Shown: in pieces, positions 1-13,033 of the stretch
How the letters are laid out: each line of letters opens with the position of its first letter
How positions within the stretch are numbered: position 1 is the stretch's first letter
Origin: Pelomyxa schiedti
Lineage: Eukaryota; Protista; Evosea
Length of the DNA: 64,000 nt
Direction: 5' to 3'
Assembly: GCA_020536535.1 (NCBI GenBank)
Contig: JAHLWZ010000721.1
Location: 62,001-126,000, forward strand
The notes under the pieces: model-generated
Seen by the model: only the letters and a program-made list of their open reading frames with translations
What the model was told of the DNA's origin: nothing
The model's database searches: none
Program-made: the position numbers and the translations under genes

Positions 1-117
1 CACCTTCCCCCAAGCAACAAGCCAAGTCCCTTGATAAAACTGGCCACTAATACCGCAACACACCAAAAGGCCAAAACTTTTTTCCCTTTTTTTCTCTTTT
101 TTCGTCGAAATCGGGGA

Positions 118-2189
118 ATGACGACCCACCCGACTCGGAACGACGCGAGCGGCGACGAGAGCGGGGGAGGAGGGGCGAGCTCGGCTGGGGCCGGGGCGAT
201 GGACCTGCCGAGGGACGTGGTGGGGAGGGTGCTGGTGTACGTCGCGGGGGAGCCGAGGGCGACGCCCAGGGGGTGGGGCGCGAGGCTGGGCCCCCTGTCC
301 GGGCTGCTGGCGTGCGCCCTCGTGTGCAGGGCGTGGCGGGACTATGTAATTCGCCACCCACCCACCCATCTCGGCACCAGCGCCCATAATGCCCACCGCA
401 CCCCCCACACACCTACCTCGTCGTGGTTGTGGCTGTTGTGGTTGTGGCGCAGGCTGATGTTCTGGTGTTCATTATGGGAGTGTTCATTTGTGTTTAAACC
501 AAAAACCAAACCAAAACAGGACAAATAAAAACAAATAAAAGCAGCACCTGAACAACTTTAGGTTTATGATATGTGCCAAGGGCCACCTTGCAAAGGCACC
601 AATTTTTTGAGTGCTGTTGAGCCAAGAAATGACCCTCTGGTCCTTGAGTACACACCAGCTGCCCCTACCCCTCCCCCCTCAGGGGCTTCTTCTTCTTTGG
701 CCTCTTCATTTTCATCACTTTGGTCATATGTTCCTAAAGTGTGGGGCACTAGCAGTTCAGCGACACCCAGCACCACCGCTCCTCTTATAAATAATGCCAG
801 TGTCACTTTTTCGCCAAAGCAGTCATCCACCCTTCTTGCCCATAGCGGAAGAGTGACTGCTGTGGCCTGGATGGATGATAAAGGAATGGTATCAACATCA
901 TTCGACAGCACAGTCTTACTCACAGTATGAACTTCTCAGACCACTTATTGTATATGTGGGTGGGGAATCAAACCTGAAGAAGTTAATAAAATAGATGTGT
1001 AACAATGCCGTCTACAGCGTTGGTCCAACGACTATGGTGCTGTCTATATACAGAGTGTTCTTAGAACACACTCCAACTCACTGCTCTCTTGTGATACATC
1101 GCCTTCTGGATCCATAGCGGTAGCTGGAGGAATGGATGGTACTGCTCTCAAAATACCTAAATGATGAAACAATAACTATGGTGCCATTATAAGGGATCTT
1201 GACTGCGATTGATACTAATGGACGAAGCATTATCAATGATTTCCACATTGACCATAGTGAAGATGGCCCTGGAGCAATGGCAGTAAAATTCGTTGATAAT
1301 GATCACGTCATTGTAGGATGTTCTGACGGCACATGCATTGCACTCTCCTTACAAGGGTGGAAACAGAGCACCTCATTTTCGACTGGAAAGGTTGTTCAGT
1401 AATATATTTGCTTGAGTAATAACTACGATAGGACGAAATAACTTGTATTTCTCACAATCCTGTGTTTAATCTTCTGGCGGTTTCTACTCTCCAATGTGCC
1501 AAAATTTATGACTTGCGGTGTGCAACAAAACAAGCTGTCACTTTGGGGTCAGGGTGGACCAGTGACATCACGTCTATTTCTCTATCTCCCAGTGGACACA
1601 TTGTTGCCACAGGCGGTACAGGTGTGTTTCACGTTCCATGGGATTAAATATATTCACATTCACAAACAGACTCTTCTTGCTCCGTCTATGATATCCGGCT
1701 ACCCAGTTTCGCAACAGGAACTCTCAAACACCCATATTACCCAAAACACCGGGTCATTACACACTCCCCCACCGCCTTCACCAAGCCACTCACTCCCCCA
1801 CTCCGCACCGGAGTTTCCGGCATAGGATTCTCCAGCAGCGGCTACCTCCTGGCCAGCTACTGTGACCCGATTCCAGAGGTCCGCGGCTGGTGCATATCAA
1901 CCAGCACACCCCAGTGTGTATGGACCAGCCCAAATAGCTTCCCCCTGCCCTCCACATGCCTCTCTGTCAACCGCACTTACTCAGCCTTTGCTGTTGGCTC
2001 AAGGGACAAGCAGACGCGCTTGTTCTTTGGTCCTTCCTCACAGAGAGTGTGAGTACAGTTGTAGAATTAAAAACAAAAACAGTTCTTAGCAGCACGAGTC
2101 CCAACGTATCACGAACCGGCTCTAATTCTCTTCTGGTTCACCAGCGTTTCCTTCTCTTCTGGGGGAAAAATTCTTTTGATCCCGCATAG
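118..2189 (+). CDS. F-box-like / WD40-repeat protein (multi-exon; 3' end uncertain)
   Basis: N-terminal LPRDVVGRVLVYV...LLACALVCRAWR resembles an F-box. WD-like segments follow across several exons: AHSGRVTAVAW...STSFDST, HSNSLLSCD...AGGMDG, ITSISLSPSGHIVATGG. Confidence 0.65.
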
Positions 2190-2369
2190 ATTTCGCCAGT
2201 TTTTCGGCATCACTTCCCCGGTTTTTCACTTTTTTGTGTAACTCATTGTTGGCACACGTACGTACAAAAGGAAATTAAAAAACCAGTCATAAAAACAGAA
2301 AAAAAACACCGAATAACGAAACACAGTCGAAACAACAAACAACAGACAGCGATTAATAAAGCGTTTTGA

Positions 2370-3507
2370 ATGGCATCCGTAACCCAAACACCAAATCGAC
2401 AAGACCAACAACACGCCCCTTCCGCCAAGGAGCAGCCACCCACAATGTGGTGTCACAAGTGCTCGCGGACATTCAAGCCGTTGTCACCTGATTCGGCATG
2501 CCCTTACTGCTGGGATGGCTTTGTTGAAGTTGCAACGCCAGAGCAGCTGGAGGCATACAGTAAAGCCGCTCAGCAAAGGGAGCAGCAGCAGCAGCGCAGT
2601 TCAGTTCCGCAAGCATCCCGTCAGAATCAACAGACTCTCCCGCGGAATAACGAGAACGCCACTGCAGCTGCCCCGCAACAGCTGCCGCCCCCAACTAATG
2701 AAGCGTGGAGTGAATCCAATGCTGGCCGGTGGATGCCGCATCTGATGACTGCCTTGAGAAGATACGAAGAGATACAACAAACTCCATCCCCCTCTGCGGC
2801 TCCAGCGGCAGCTCCAACACCAACACCAACAACTGCTCCCACTCCAACGCCAACACCAACACCAACTCCCGAGACTCCAACAACTCCATCGCCATCGAGT
2901 CAACAAGGAGCAGCTCGCCAGCCAATACTAGTCCAATTCGTGACCATCAACTTCTCTGACACAGAAGGCACACCCTCGTCGGGCGAGAGCTCGGCTCAGG
3001 AGAGAAGGCCTCCAGTAACACTCGTGTTTGTGAGTCAGCTTGGAGAAATGCCAGCCGACTCAGTTCCAGGATCAGCACAACCTCCAAGTGGATTCTCCTC
3101 AGGAGATTACATTGCCAGCAACGACGAGTTTCAAGCTCTCCTTAATCACCTATTCAGACAAAGGTTTGCAATTCATTTATCTATAAAGTAATAAGAAACT
3201 AACATCTCTTTTGTGCAGCCAACCACAAGGAGCTCCTCCGGCAACCGAAAAAGCAATTGAAGAACTCACAAGCATACGCGCTACTAAAGAGCAAATCGAA
3301 CAACACGAAGAGTGCTCTATCTGCAAAGACGAGTACGAGGAGGGCGCTGAATTGCTTCAGTTGCATTGCAAACACAGTTATCATCCAGATTGCATCAAGC
3401 ACTGGCTCAAGATGCACAATACATGCCCTGTATGTCGTAGCCCCGTTTCGGCGAATAAACGCGAAGACGAAGAGGTACAGCCAGCCGCACCTGCCGCATC
3501 CAATTGA
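2370..3507 (+). CDS. RNF126/RNF115-like E3 ubiquitin ligase (N-terminal zinc ribbon + C-terminal RING-H2)
   Basis: WCHKC...CPYCWDGFVE zinc ribbon; GDY...LLNHLF..PPA motif; RING-H2 CSIC...CKHSYHPDC...CPVC; one intron at about 3163-3217. Confidence 0.85.
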
Positions 3508-3792
3508 TCGAAATCCATCAATTGATCTCGAATGTAACCAATTACAATTGTGTGTAAATATAAAGATCAGTTTCATTCCTATTTCTATGGTTACCATTTT
3601 CAATGAAAAAACCCGAAAAATCCAGAAGCAGAAGAGTGATGGTTTTCCACAATCAAAACGGCGAAAAAAAGAACTTTTTTTAACGACGACAGGCAGCCGG
3701 AAAAAACCACAACAACAAAAAAAAGAAAACAAACAACAAGCACAAACAACACAAGCCTAGTAAACAACTCAAGATCTAACAAACAACACACA

Positions 3793-4747
3793 ATGGGATC
3801 TGACGCGTCAAAGCCACATGCGCCTAGTGACTCCGAGGTGGATTCTTTGGCTTCCGACCTCAACTTGACAGTTGCGCAAGTAAAGACCATTATGTCGTAC
3901 TGGCCCGCGAGGAAAGACGAGTTGAAGTTGTCTCGTTTCAAGCGCTTCATCGAAACTCTGAGTACGAACATGCCCGACATCGAATTCCTGTCAACCAAGG
4001 GATTTGCCGAACAACTGTTCTGGTTATTCGACAAAGATCACAATGGTACTTTTGCTTTTGTTTGTTTTTTTTCTCCAATCATGTTTAATAGTTAACTGGA
4101 TTTGTAGGCATGGTGTCCAAGCGCGAATTTCTCGCCGGGCTCAGCATTTTGTCTGCTGGTGACCCAACGGAACGTGCGAAACTGTTCTTTGAAGCCTGTG
4201 ATCAAGATGGCAATGGCCAAATCACCAAGATGGAGTTTGTTCAGGCGCTCAGGGTCTCTCTTAATTCCTGCACAAATATTGTCAAGATGCAAATCGAGGC
4301 CTATATCAGGCAAAATCCTGGTAGAAAACTCTCCTGTATGTGGTACCACCCATGCATATCAATCAATTGACCATTCTCGCAGCAAAGCTGATCAGCAAGA
4401 TGCTCGCAACCACAATACACATTGATGCCGACCAGTTCGCTGAATTGGCCTTCCGGGCCGATACGGATCACACTGGGACTCTCTCACTTAGCGAGTGGAT
4501 GACCAGCTGCAATCAAAACGCGGCGATTTCCAGGATTCTGTCATTTGCCTGTGGCGACTTGCTTGTGGACCTCGAAGAAGTCAAGCTCAACACCGACGCT
4601 GGGAAAATAGTCACGGTGCTCACGCAGGAGTACCCCATACTTGACAGGCCCACAATTGAGAACCTACTGCGTGAGTATGACAATGCCGCGGCCTTGCAGA
4701 AACTCAAGCGTAGGTGCCTCACTGGGTCTCTTGGCTTTGGCTTCTAG
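3793..4747 (+). CDS. Recoverin/calcineurin-B-like EF-hand calcium sensor with a possible C-terminal CUE-like domain
   Basis: Myristoylation-type N-terminus MGSDAS; EF-hand loops DKDHNG, DQDGNGQITKME and DTDHTGTLSLSE; at least two short introns. Confidence 0.8.
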
Positions 4748-4888
4748 CCAAGTGCCTTTTGGCGATTTTTTGTGTAAATTACAAGTAACTGTGAGAATAA
4801 TACAAACGGGAAATTTTAACTTATCGTACTTTTTTTTTTAAATTCAACTGAGTCACAGTTGCATCAGGTAAGCGGGGAAGGTAGTGTA

Positions 4889-5889
4889 ATGTCGTTGCTG
4901 GAGAAGGTATACACAGCCAGGAGCGAAATCAAAATTAGTAAGCAGAGGTATGTCGGTGTCTAATTCCGCGGCATTATTCTGTTCGTGCGGGAGTTGTTAC
5001 AAAAGTGCACAGAGTTCTTCAGGCTGAAAGGAAGAAACAGAGAGGGTTATGGTGGTGGTTGGTTGTGGGTGCACTTGGGGAAGCATGGTTTATGGCTGCT
5101 GTAGTTTTGTGCTACCGAGAAGGAATGGCAATTGTAGTGGTGGTAACTAATGGGGTTCCAGCTATGATATTCCCAGTATTGTATGTTGTGCAAGACTGAA
5201 TGCTTTGCGGCTCATTTTACCAGGTGGTATTGCTTTTGGTCTTGCTTTGTACAATGGTGCAAGTTTGCCGTGGATAGAGCAGGTGAAATCCCTCCTTTTC
5301 CTTGTGAATTAACAACAGTACCAAAGTTTTTTCATGCATGCAATATAAAGACCAAGAGCGAGCACTTATCGAACAGATAAAGAGGGATACCAACTTCGAT
5401 GAACTGGCCACAGTATTCTTTGGCCCGGAGTGGAAAACTCCATTATCAAACAGTACTGATGAAACTGCAAAGAGACTCCAAGAATCACAAACTCCGAATG
5501 TTTCAATGCAACAAAGCAACCTAAAAGGTCAGCAGAACACACCAGAACAGCCACAATCCAAGCCAGAGAAAAGTGTGGTTGCCCGTTTTCTTGGATTGCT
5601 TGTTGGAACTGAGGTGAATAATTCCTATGCTCTGATTTGCAGGCACTGCTCTGCCCACAATGGACTGGCCTTAGCTGAAGACTTCCCAAACCTAAGTCAG
5701 TTTGATGAATCTAAATAATACATGCCAGAACCCCGTTGCACACAAATTCTCATACAGTTCTCTTTAGACTTTACCTGTCGGAATTGCGGAAAAATGAACA
5801 CAGCAAAAGAAAGACACACTCAGCTCAAACTGCAGCAACAAATGCACACCACTGAACATTCCAGCAGTAGACTGCCTTGCACCTTGTGA
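4889..5889 (+). CDS. Lunapark-like ER junction protein
   Basis: Two hydrophobic TM segments (5040-5180), a coiled region, and a Lunapark-type zinc finger ALICRHCSAHNGL...FTCRNCGKMN after splicing. Confidence 0.7.
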
Positions 5890-6303
5890 AAGAAATGAAT
5901 TCATCAACCACCAGAACAGCAACAGCTCAGAAAAAGGGAAAACTGAAGATCCCTGATTTGATTTTCGACAAGGGCGGAAAACCATTTGATGTGATTTCCA
6001 GTGCATGTCACTGAATCAGATTTGAAAAAGGGAAACATTGCGTGCAACTCGATTCCGGAAAAAAACTTTGCTCGGCCTTTTCCTGCCACCAGCACGATTC
6101 AAAGGCCCCCCTTGTTGCGTGCAATTTTGGTCGGTCTCTCTCATTGTTCTCGACCCGACCTCGTTTATTTGGTGGTGCTAATCGATTGGCACCTCACCTT
6201 CGTGTTTCAAGTTCTATCCGCTTGATAGTGAATAGAACCCTCCTCGAAAACCAGGAACGAGCATAATCGCTCCACGTTGTAGAACTAAAACCGAAAGCGA
6301 ATC

Positions 6304-9300
6304 ATGCATAGGAGGTCAGACCAAAATTTGCCCGATGTTCAGTACCTACGGCAACAAAAGGTAGTTTTTTTTTTCCCCTCTGCTATTTAGTATACGTTCT
6401 GACACTCTTTTTTTACCACCTTTTTTTTTTTTTTTAAAACAAGGAAATTGTGTCAGGTGAGGTTACAGTGACAATTAATGGAAAGGTTGTACAGTGCCCC
6501 CGTGACTGGACCATACTGAGAGCGTGCTATGAAGTCCATATTAATGTGCCCACATTGTGCCATCATCCATCACTGCCCTCCACTGGAAAGTGTGGTCTTT
6601 GCGTTGTTCAGGTGGAACGGATCCTTCCCTCGCTCCCAACAACCTCTTTGAGTTCTTCTTCTTCTTCACACAAGCTTAACGTCTTGGGAGGGGCCACAGG
6701 CAGTAGCTCCACGGGAGGTTCCGTAGGAGGTTCCACGGGTAGCCTATCAGCACAAACTGCATTGCGCTCTCACTCAACTGCACTTCCAGCCTCACCGTCT
6801 GCAACACCCACGTCTTCTCCTATTCCCTCGCCTACTGTGTCACCAGCGGCCTCTCCTGGTGTGTCCCCATCAGCCTCGCCAAATATCTTTGCGTCACCAA
6901 GTGGTGAATTTACACCAGCTACTGCCCCACCACCTGTTTCATACTTCTCGTTAAATCTGGGACTACACCGTAGTGGCTCTATAGTAGGTGGTGCCAGTGG
7001 GAGTGCTGGTGCTTCGTCTTCTTCCGCTGCATCTGATGGGGATCACAGTAGCTTGTCCAACTCGATCGTGAGTTCAAGTACTACTACTACCCAGCTCCAT
7101 GGAGGAGAGGTGAGGACCTCCGTTGAGTTTGTTAAGGCATGCAAAACTCTTGTAGAAGATGGCATGGTTGTTACTACCAACACTCCTGAAGTGTATTACA
7201 GAGGTACGACTAATTTACAAGAATTTCTGGGTACAAGAACTCTTGAGTCTATATCACCAAGAACTCCTGAAATAGAAGACATTCTTACATTCACTCGCGT
7301 GTGTTTGAATTCCTTATGTTTCTTTATTCTTTATTCATCCTGGATAAAAGAAAACTTCCACTGTTCCTGAGGTCCAGCAGCAGTATGCCCTAGTTCGGGA
7401 CCAGAACCTATGTTGCCTATGCACACGTTGTGTACGTGTCTGCTCTGAAGTTCAGAACATGAATGTACTTCAGCTGAACACTCACAATCCACTTGCTCCA
7501 ATAGCTTTTGAGAAAAACCTTCCCCTTCATGCAACAAGTTGTATTGCCTGTGGCCAATGTGCTGCTGTTTGTCCTACTGGCGCTGTTAGTGAGAGAAATG
7601 ATGTTGATATTGTCTTACGTGAACTGGGTGTGGATAAAACTGCTGCCAACAGAAAGACCGTCATCCTTCAAACAGCACCAACAAGTAGAATTTCTGTTGG
7701 CGAGCTTATGGGGGAAGGAAGTGTTAACATTGACGATAACCCCAATCTATGGCGTCTTGTTGAAGCGGCACATGGAGCTGGGTTCGACTTTGTCTTTGAC
7801 ACAACATTTGCTGCAGACACTTGTGCCACATTGGAAGCAATTGAGTTACTGCAGCGAGTAAAAGCGGGAGGTCCATTCCCTCTTTTTACATCCTGCTGTC
7901 CTGGTTGGGTTCGACTTGTGGAACATGTACTCCCTTGACATTTTTTTTTCTTTTGCCAACAATAGTAGAAATATCCCCACCTGCGAGCCCTTGTTTCTAA
8001 ATGTAGATCACCTATGATGATGCTCGGGTCAATGATTCGTAGCTGGATGAAGAATAACAATGTCCCTCGGACTAAGTACTTTGTAGTTGCAGTTATGCCT
8101 TGTGTTGCTAAGAAAGAAGAAATTAATAAACCTGAGCTCCGTGATTCACAGTGTGTAGTACACCATACTTTATTCTATTCAACAATTGGCAGTGGTCACA
8201 AAGATGTTGACGTTGTATTGACGGTGAGGGAAATGGCACTACTTTTGAAATCCAGACTTAGTCCCTCAGCTTGGAGTTCTTATGCTGGAAAAGGGAAAGC
8301 TTCCTATGACGAACCCTTTGCAGTTGCAAGTGGTGGTGGAACGTTATTCTCATCAAGTGGTGGCGTAACAGTGTGCTAGTTGTACCTCTTTTCAAAATCT
8401 AACTATTACCAATGTAGGAGGCAGCACTTCGAGTGGCGTTCACCTGCCTGACACAGGATAAGGTTTGTTCTTCCAATTAGTATAGAACCTAATAGGACAA
8501 CAAAAAAAAAGTTTCCCAGGGCTGATGTTGACATGTTTGATCAATGTCGTCAAGTCACCAAGTCTGACTCTTGGATTGAAACGGCAATTGACGTGTCGCC
8601 AACAAAACCTGAGAAAAACAAGCAACTTGAAGTTGCTATTATAAGTGGGGCACGCAAAATCCAAGAGTTCCTCTCGTCGCAAGGTCTTGAGGATGCTCAT
8701 CACGCTGGAAAAACAACAGTGAGAAAACATTTTGTTGAGTGCATGGCTTGCCCTGGTGGTTGCATAGGAGGTGGAGGTCAGCCTCGCAGCAATGATCCTT
8801 GCATAATACCCAAGCGTAAATCACAAATCTACAAATTAGCTGCAGCCTGTGAGGAACCCTCCTCTTACTACCAACAACAGCAGTTTCAGGAAACTGAGTT
8901 GTGTGGTGTGGCATCAAAGAAAGCAAGGAAACTTCTTGAATATTACCCACCGGTCTATACACCTCCACCAGCTGCCCTGCGAAAAGGCTTACGCTCAGGT
9001 GATGATTTTATAGGTTCTGTGGGTAATGTGGCGATCCTTTATGGTTCTCAGGGAGGATTCACTGCATCTTATGCATATAAACTTCACAGTGCTCTTGAAA
9101 AAGTTCTTGGGGAGGGTGGTGCGTCAATACACGCCATGGATCATTTCCCAATTCAAGCACTTGGGCATTGTACAACACTGATCCTCCTCACTTCAACATG
9201 GCAAAGTGAGAATAACCGGAATATGCCTTATAATGCCCAGAAGTTTTGGGACTATCTGTGCAATCTACCTCATGACCATCTCAGTAGTTATCTTGCAGGA

Positions 9301-12300
9301 ACTCGGTTCTCTGTTCTTGGTTTTGGGTCAAGTATTTATGACAAGGTATATTTTCTATTGAGAACTGTCACTCTTATTTATTTTTTTTAGTTTTGTGTAT
9401 TCGCTGATCAATTAAATGATATGTTACGACGCCTTGGAGCATCTCCTATGTTGCCTGTGATCAAAATTGATATTGAGCGCCCTGATAAGTAGTACCTGTA
9501 CTTGGAATTTTTGTGTACTGAATGATTGAATAGAGGCCAAAGGCCATTTACCAGATGGATGAAAGAAGTGGAAGTAGTACTGATGCGCACTGAATTACCG
9601 GAACCACAAGTTGCCATCATTCCTGCCATAGCAGGTTTGTATCCGTTTGTAGTTTAAAAACAAACACTTTGCCAGCTGGAAAGCCCCCTAGCAGAGTTTG
9701 CCCTCGAGGGTATAATATGGCCACAGTTAAGTCCATATCGGAGTACAAGAACCTCAGTGGAACAGGAAAAAAATTCTTTTGTGTGCAGCTTTCTGTCTCC
9801 CTCAAGTGTGCTTCTTTCCTGAATCTTCTTGTTGGTGACTGTACTTTTTTTGATACAAAGCCCACAACCTGGCGAGCATCTTTATATCCTGCCTTGCAAC
9901 CCCACCCATGATGTAGAGCAGTTGCTTTCAACCCATTTTCCAGGTGTTGCAAATGTATCAGTTAACCTCTTTGCAACAGGAGGTCTGTTCTACTCTTCTC
10001 ATAATAATCTTTTTAACTCTTTTTGTTAACAGGGAAACCATATGGCCATTTCCCAACCCACATAAGTGTCAAACAGTTGTTTGAACAATTTTTGGACCTG
10101 TATGCCAAACCACATAAAAAATTCTTAGAAGCCTTGGTTGACGCAAATACACAGGACCAGTAAGTAACTTGTCTCTTGAATTTCTGACACTGTTAAGTTC
10201 AACACAACCCCCCTTCGACTTTTCCAAGGACTGTACCTACATGAGCATTCTAATGCAAATGAAAGTTGTCCCTTCATTAGAAGTGCTAGTTTCTGTTATA
10301 CCCCCTCTTTTACCTCGTTGTTACACTCCACTTTTTGTGGAAAATTGCCCACCGAACTGCCTATTCATATGTGTGAAACAAATTGAAAATGGCTTATGTT
10401 CTCAATTTTTGATAAACGGCAGTATGTTGTCTGGTCATAGACATTTTTTCTGAAAAAAAAAAAAAGAGAAAGGTGACAAACTACCTGTCTTCTTGGGGCA
10501 TAGTGATTTCCCACAGCCCAATCTTCTAGATAGCGAACCTGAAGCCCCAAAAACAGCACCCAAACTGTTTCCAATGTCCCCTAAACAGATGACTCCCAAT
10601 CGACGGACAGCAGCCACCCCACAACTGCCTTCAAGATTCCAATCGCGGCTTGGTTCTGTAGCCGATGCCACCAACCCACCTGATTGTACGGCACTCACAC
10701 CCTCTGTAAAGAATACATTCTCTTCTTCGCGTCAGCTGGAAGTAAACCCCCCACGACTCTTGATCCTTCATCAAAATAGCACATTTGCTGCTTCATCCTC
10801 AGCTTCCCTCGAAGAAGCTGCTCCTGTATCACTCTCCAAAATTACACAAGTGCACTTATTCATTTATTTATAGCATCTGGATGATCCCACACAAACTCCG
10901 CCTGAAATTTTTCAGAAATTTTCAGAGTACTTTAAGCACTTTGAGGAGCCTGACACTAACGCAAACGTTCGATGGACAACCCTTGCCACACCTGAAGGAG
11001 AACCGGTACGAACTTTCCTTTTTTGCAACAAAAAATCTAACAGAAAAAAAGGGTTCCTTAGGTGTTTCTCGGCCATTCACCATCCATGGCGGAACCGTTT
11101 TCAAACTTGTTCAATACCTGACACATTCCGAGGAATGTGGTTTGTTACCCCCAAATTTTTTTTCCTCTCTCAAAATATTTAGACCCAGATTTCTCCCAAT
11201 CGTTTTTTGTTTCATATGTTGCTTTCGTTGAGGAATCCAAACTCATTGATATGCTAATTGCCCGGTTCATCAACCTGCTGCCATTACAAAATCTAACAGG
11301 CTTGCAGTTTCTTCATTCGAAACCCAGAAACCCTTGATCCTTCCATGTTTTCCAATATTAGAACGACTGTTAGAGCGAGAGTTATCAATGTTCTGAAGAC
11401 TATATATGAAGACATTTCTGATAACCCGGAACTTGTGCAAAAAGTAACAGATGCCCTGACACTTTTCTCTGGTTACACAACTGTGGCTGGGGCCGTTCTA
11501 AAAAAGCTGGTAATAATGTCATTTCCTTTTTTCTTACTTAAGCATGTAAACATTTGGCCATGATAGCAAAACTCGGTTCCACCTGTCAACCTAACTGCCG
11601 ACTGTCCACCTCCCATTGTACTCTCACCTGTGGTGTGCTCCATTTTAGATATGCACCCAGAGGAGCTGGCAAGACAGATTTCCATCGTAGAATGGAATCT
11701 ATGGAAAAAAATCAAGCCAAAAGGTACAGAAAACGGAAGAATAATTCTAATGATCTTCCAGAATTTGTGACCAATTCCTGGAACAAAACAACGAAAGGAA
11801 GACTTGCGCCAAACATAACCGCCATGATATTGGAATCCAATAAAGTAATACTTGTGTTGGTTCAAGTGAACTCTTACAACCACCTTAAAGAGAACATTGT
11901 GGGCCATAACTGAAGTGATAAGTATTGCAACTGAAAAGGATCGAGCTTTAGCAATACATCGCTTGATACTTGTTGCTGATGTATATCTCTCTTTTTTTTG
12001 GGCTTTTTTTTTTTAATCTGTTTAGATTTGCTATAAAATAAGGAACTTCAATGGATTGTTAGAAATAGTATCGGGACTTCAAAACTCCGCAGTCCACAGA
12101 TTAAAGAAATCATGGGCGGTATTTTTTAATGCGTTTTGGTTGCAAAAGTAACACTAACACTACTAGTATGTCCCGGCGCAATCACAGGAACTCTTCGAAA
12201 AATATTGTGTCCTTCTTGATCCATCTGCTAATTTTGCTGCTTACCGAAATGTCATTAAATCTGCTGTGGCTCCTTGCATTCCGCACCTAGGTTAACTTAA

Positions 12301-12649
12301 AGTACAATTGCCGTTTTACTGACAACTCCACCCATTTGTGGTTACAGGAATGATTTTAACTGATGTAACCTTTGCAAACGACGGAAACCCCGATTTGATA
12401 GCAGGGACATCACTTGTGAACTTTGCGAAATGGAGAAGTATGAGCGGAATCGTCAAGTATCTACTACACTAAACACCCGGTTGTTTCTTACACATCTACA
12501 GAGGATTGAAAGTGTGGCAGGTTGTGGGTCCAAATTTCAGGGAGGTGGAAGCCATTCAAGCATATTTGAGGATCTATAAACCAAAAACTGCTGATGACGC
12601 CTTTGACATCAGTAAATGCCTGGAGCCTACAACTACCCTCACCATGTAA
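6304..12649 (+). CDS. [FeFe]-hydrogenase - flavodoxin - FAD-binding - RasGEF (REM+CDC25) fusion protein, multi-exon
   Basis: 2Fe-2S (TLC..GKCGLC..AC); 2x4Fe-4S (CCLCTRCVRVC, CIACGQCAAVCP); H-cluster motifs TSCCPGW (7888), MPCVAKKEE (8095), ECMACPGGCIGGGGQP (8737). Flavodoxin ILYGSQGG..LLTST..FSVLGFGSSIY; FAD-domain PGEHLYILPCN..IPPLLPRCY..GLCSQFL..GDKLPVF. REM FEEPD..IHGGTVFKLVQYL..DPDF; CDC25 PEELARQI..NFNGLLEIVSGL..CIPHLG..DGNPD..VNFAK. At the junctions traced, in-frame GT-AG splicing links the parts; stop TAA at 12647-12649. Confidence 0.85.
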
Positions 12650-13033
12650 ATACCCTTTTCACCTTTCCTTTTCCTGAACGCTTCAACAGAGCCGCTATAA
12701 AGGCACAAAACTCTTCCATTGACAAAAAATCAAAGGTTACTTCTTTTTTCTACTTGTATGCTCTCACCAACCCTCAAACAAGGAAATTTTTGTGAAGGAT
12801 GAAGCTCTTCTATCCAAGGCAAAGAAGGCGGCACTCAAGTCTTAGTGTAAATTAAGTACATTTGTATTGAACAACCTAAGGTTCTGTCCCTCCTTCACCT
12901 AACCAAGACTCACCTATTCCAGAACTATGCATTACATGAACTTTGCTTTTTCGGCAAGGAAATCACCAACATTGGTATTGTTAAAAAAGAGACATTCGCT
13001 TTGTTTCTTGTAGAAGTGCTTTTTTTTTCCCCA

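Noticed and set aside
7459-8800. Nar1/NARF (CIA pathway) instead of a true hydrogenase
   Set aside because: It retains the TSCCPGW proton-transfer Cys, MPCxxKxxE and ExMACxxGCxxGGGQP, plus 2Fe-2S and 2x4Fe-4S domains typical of HydA.
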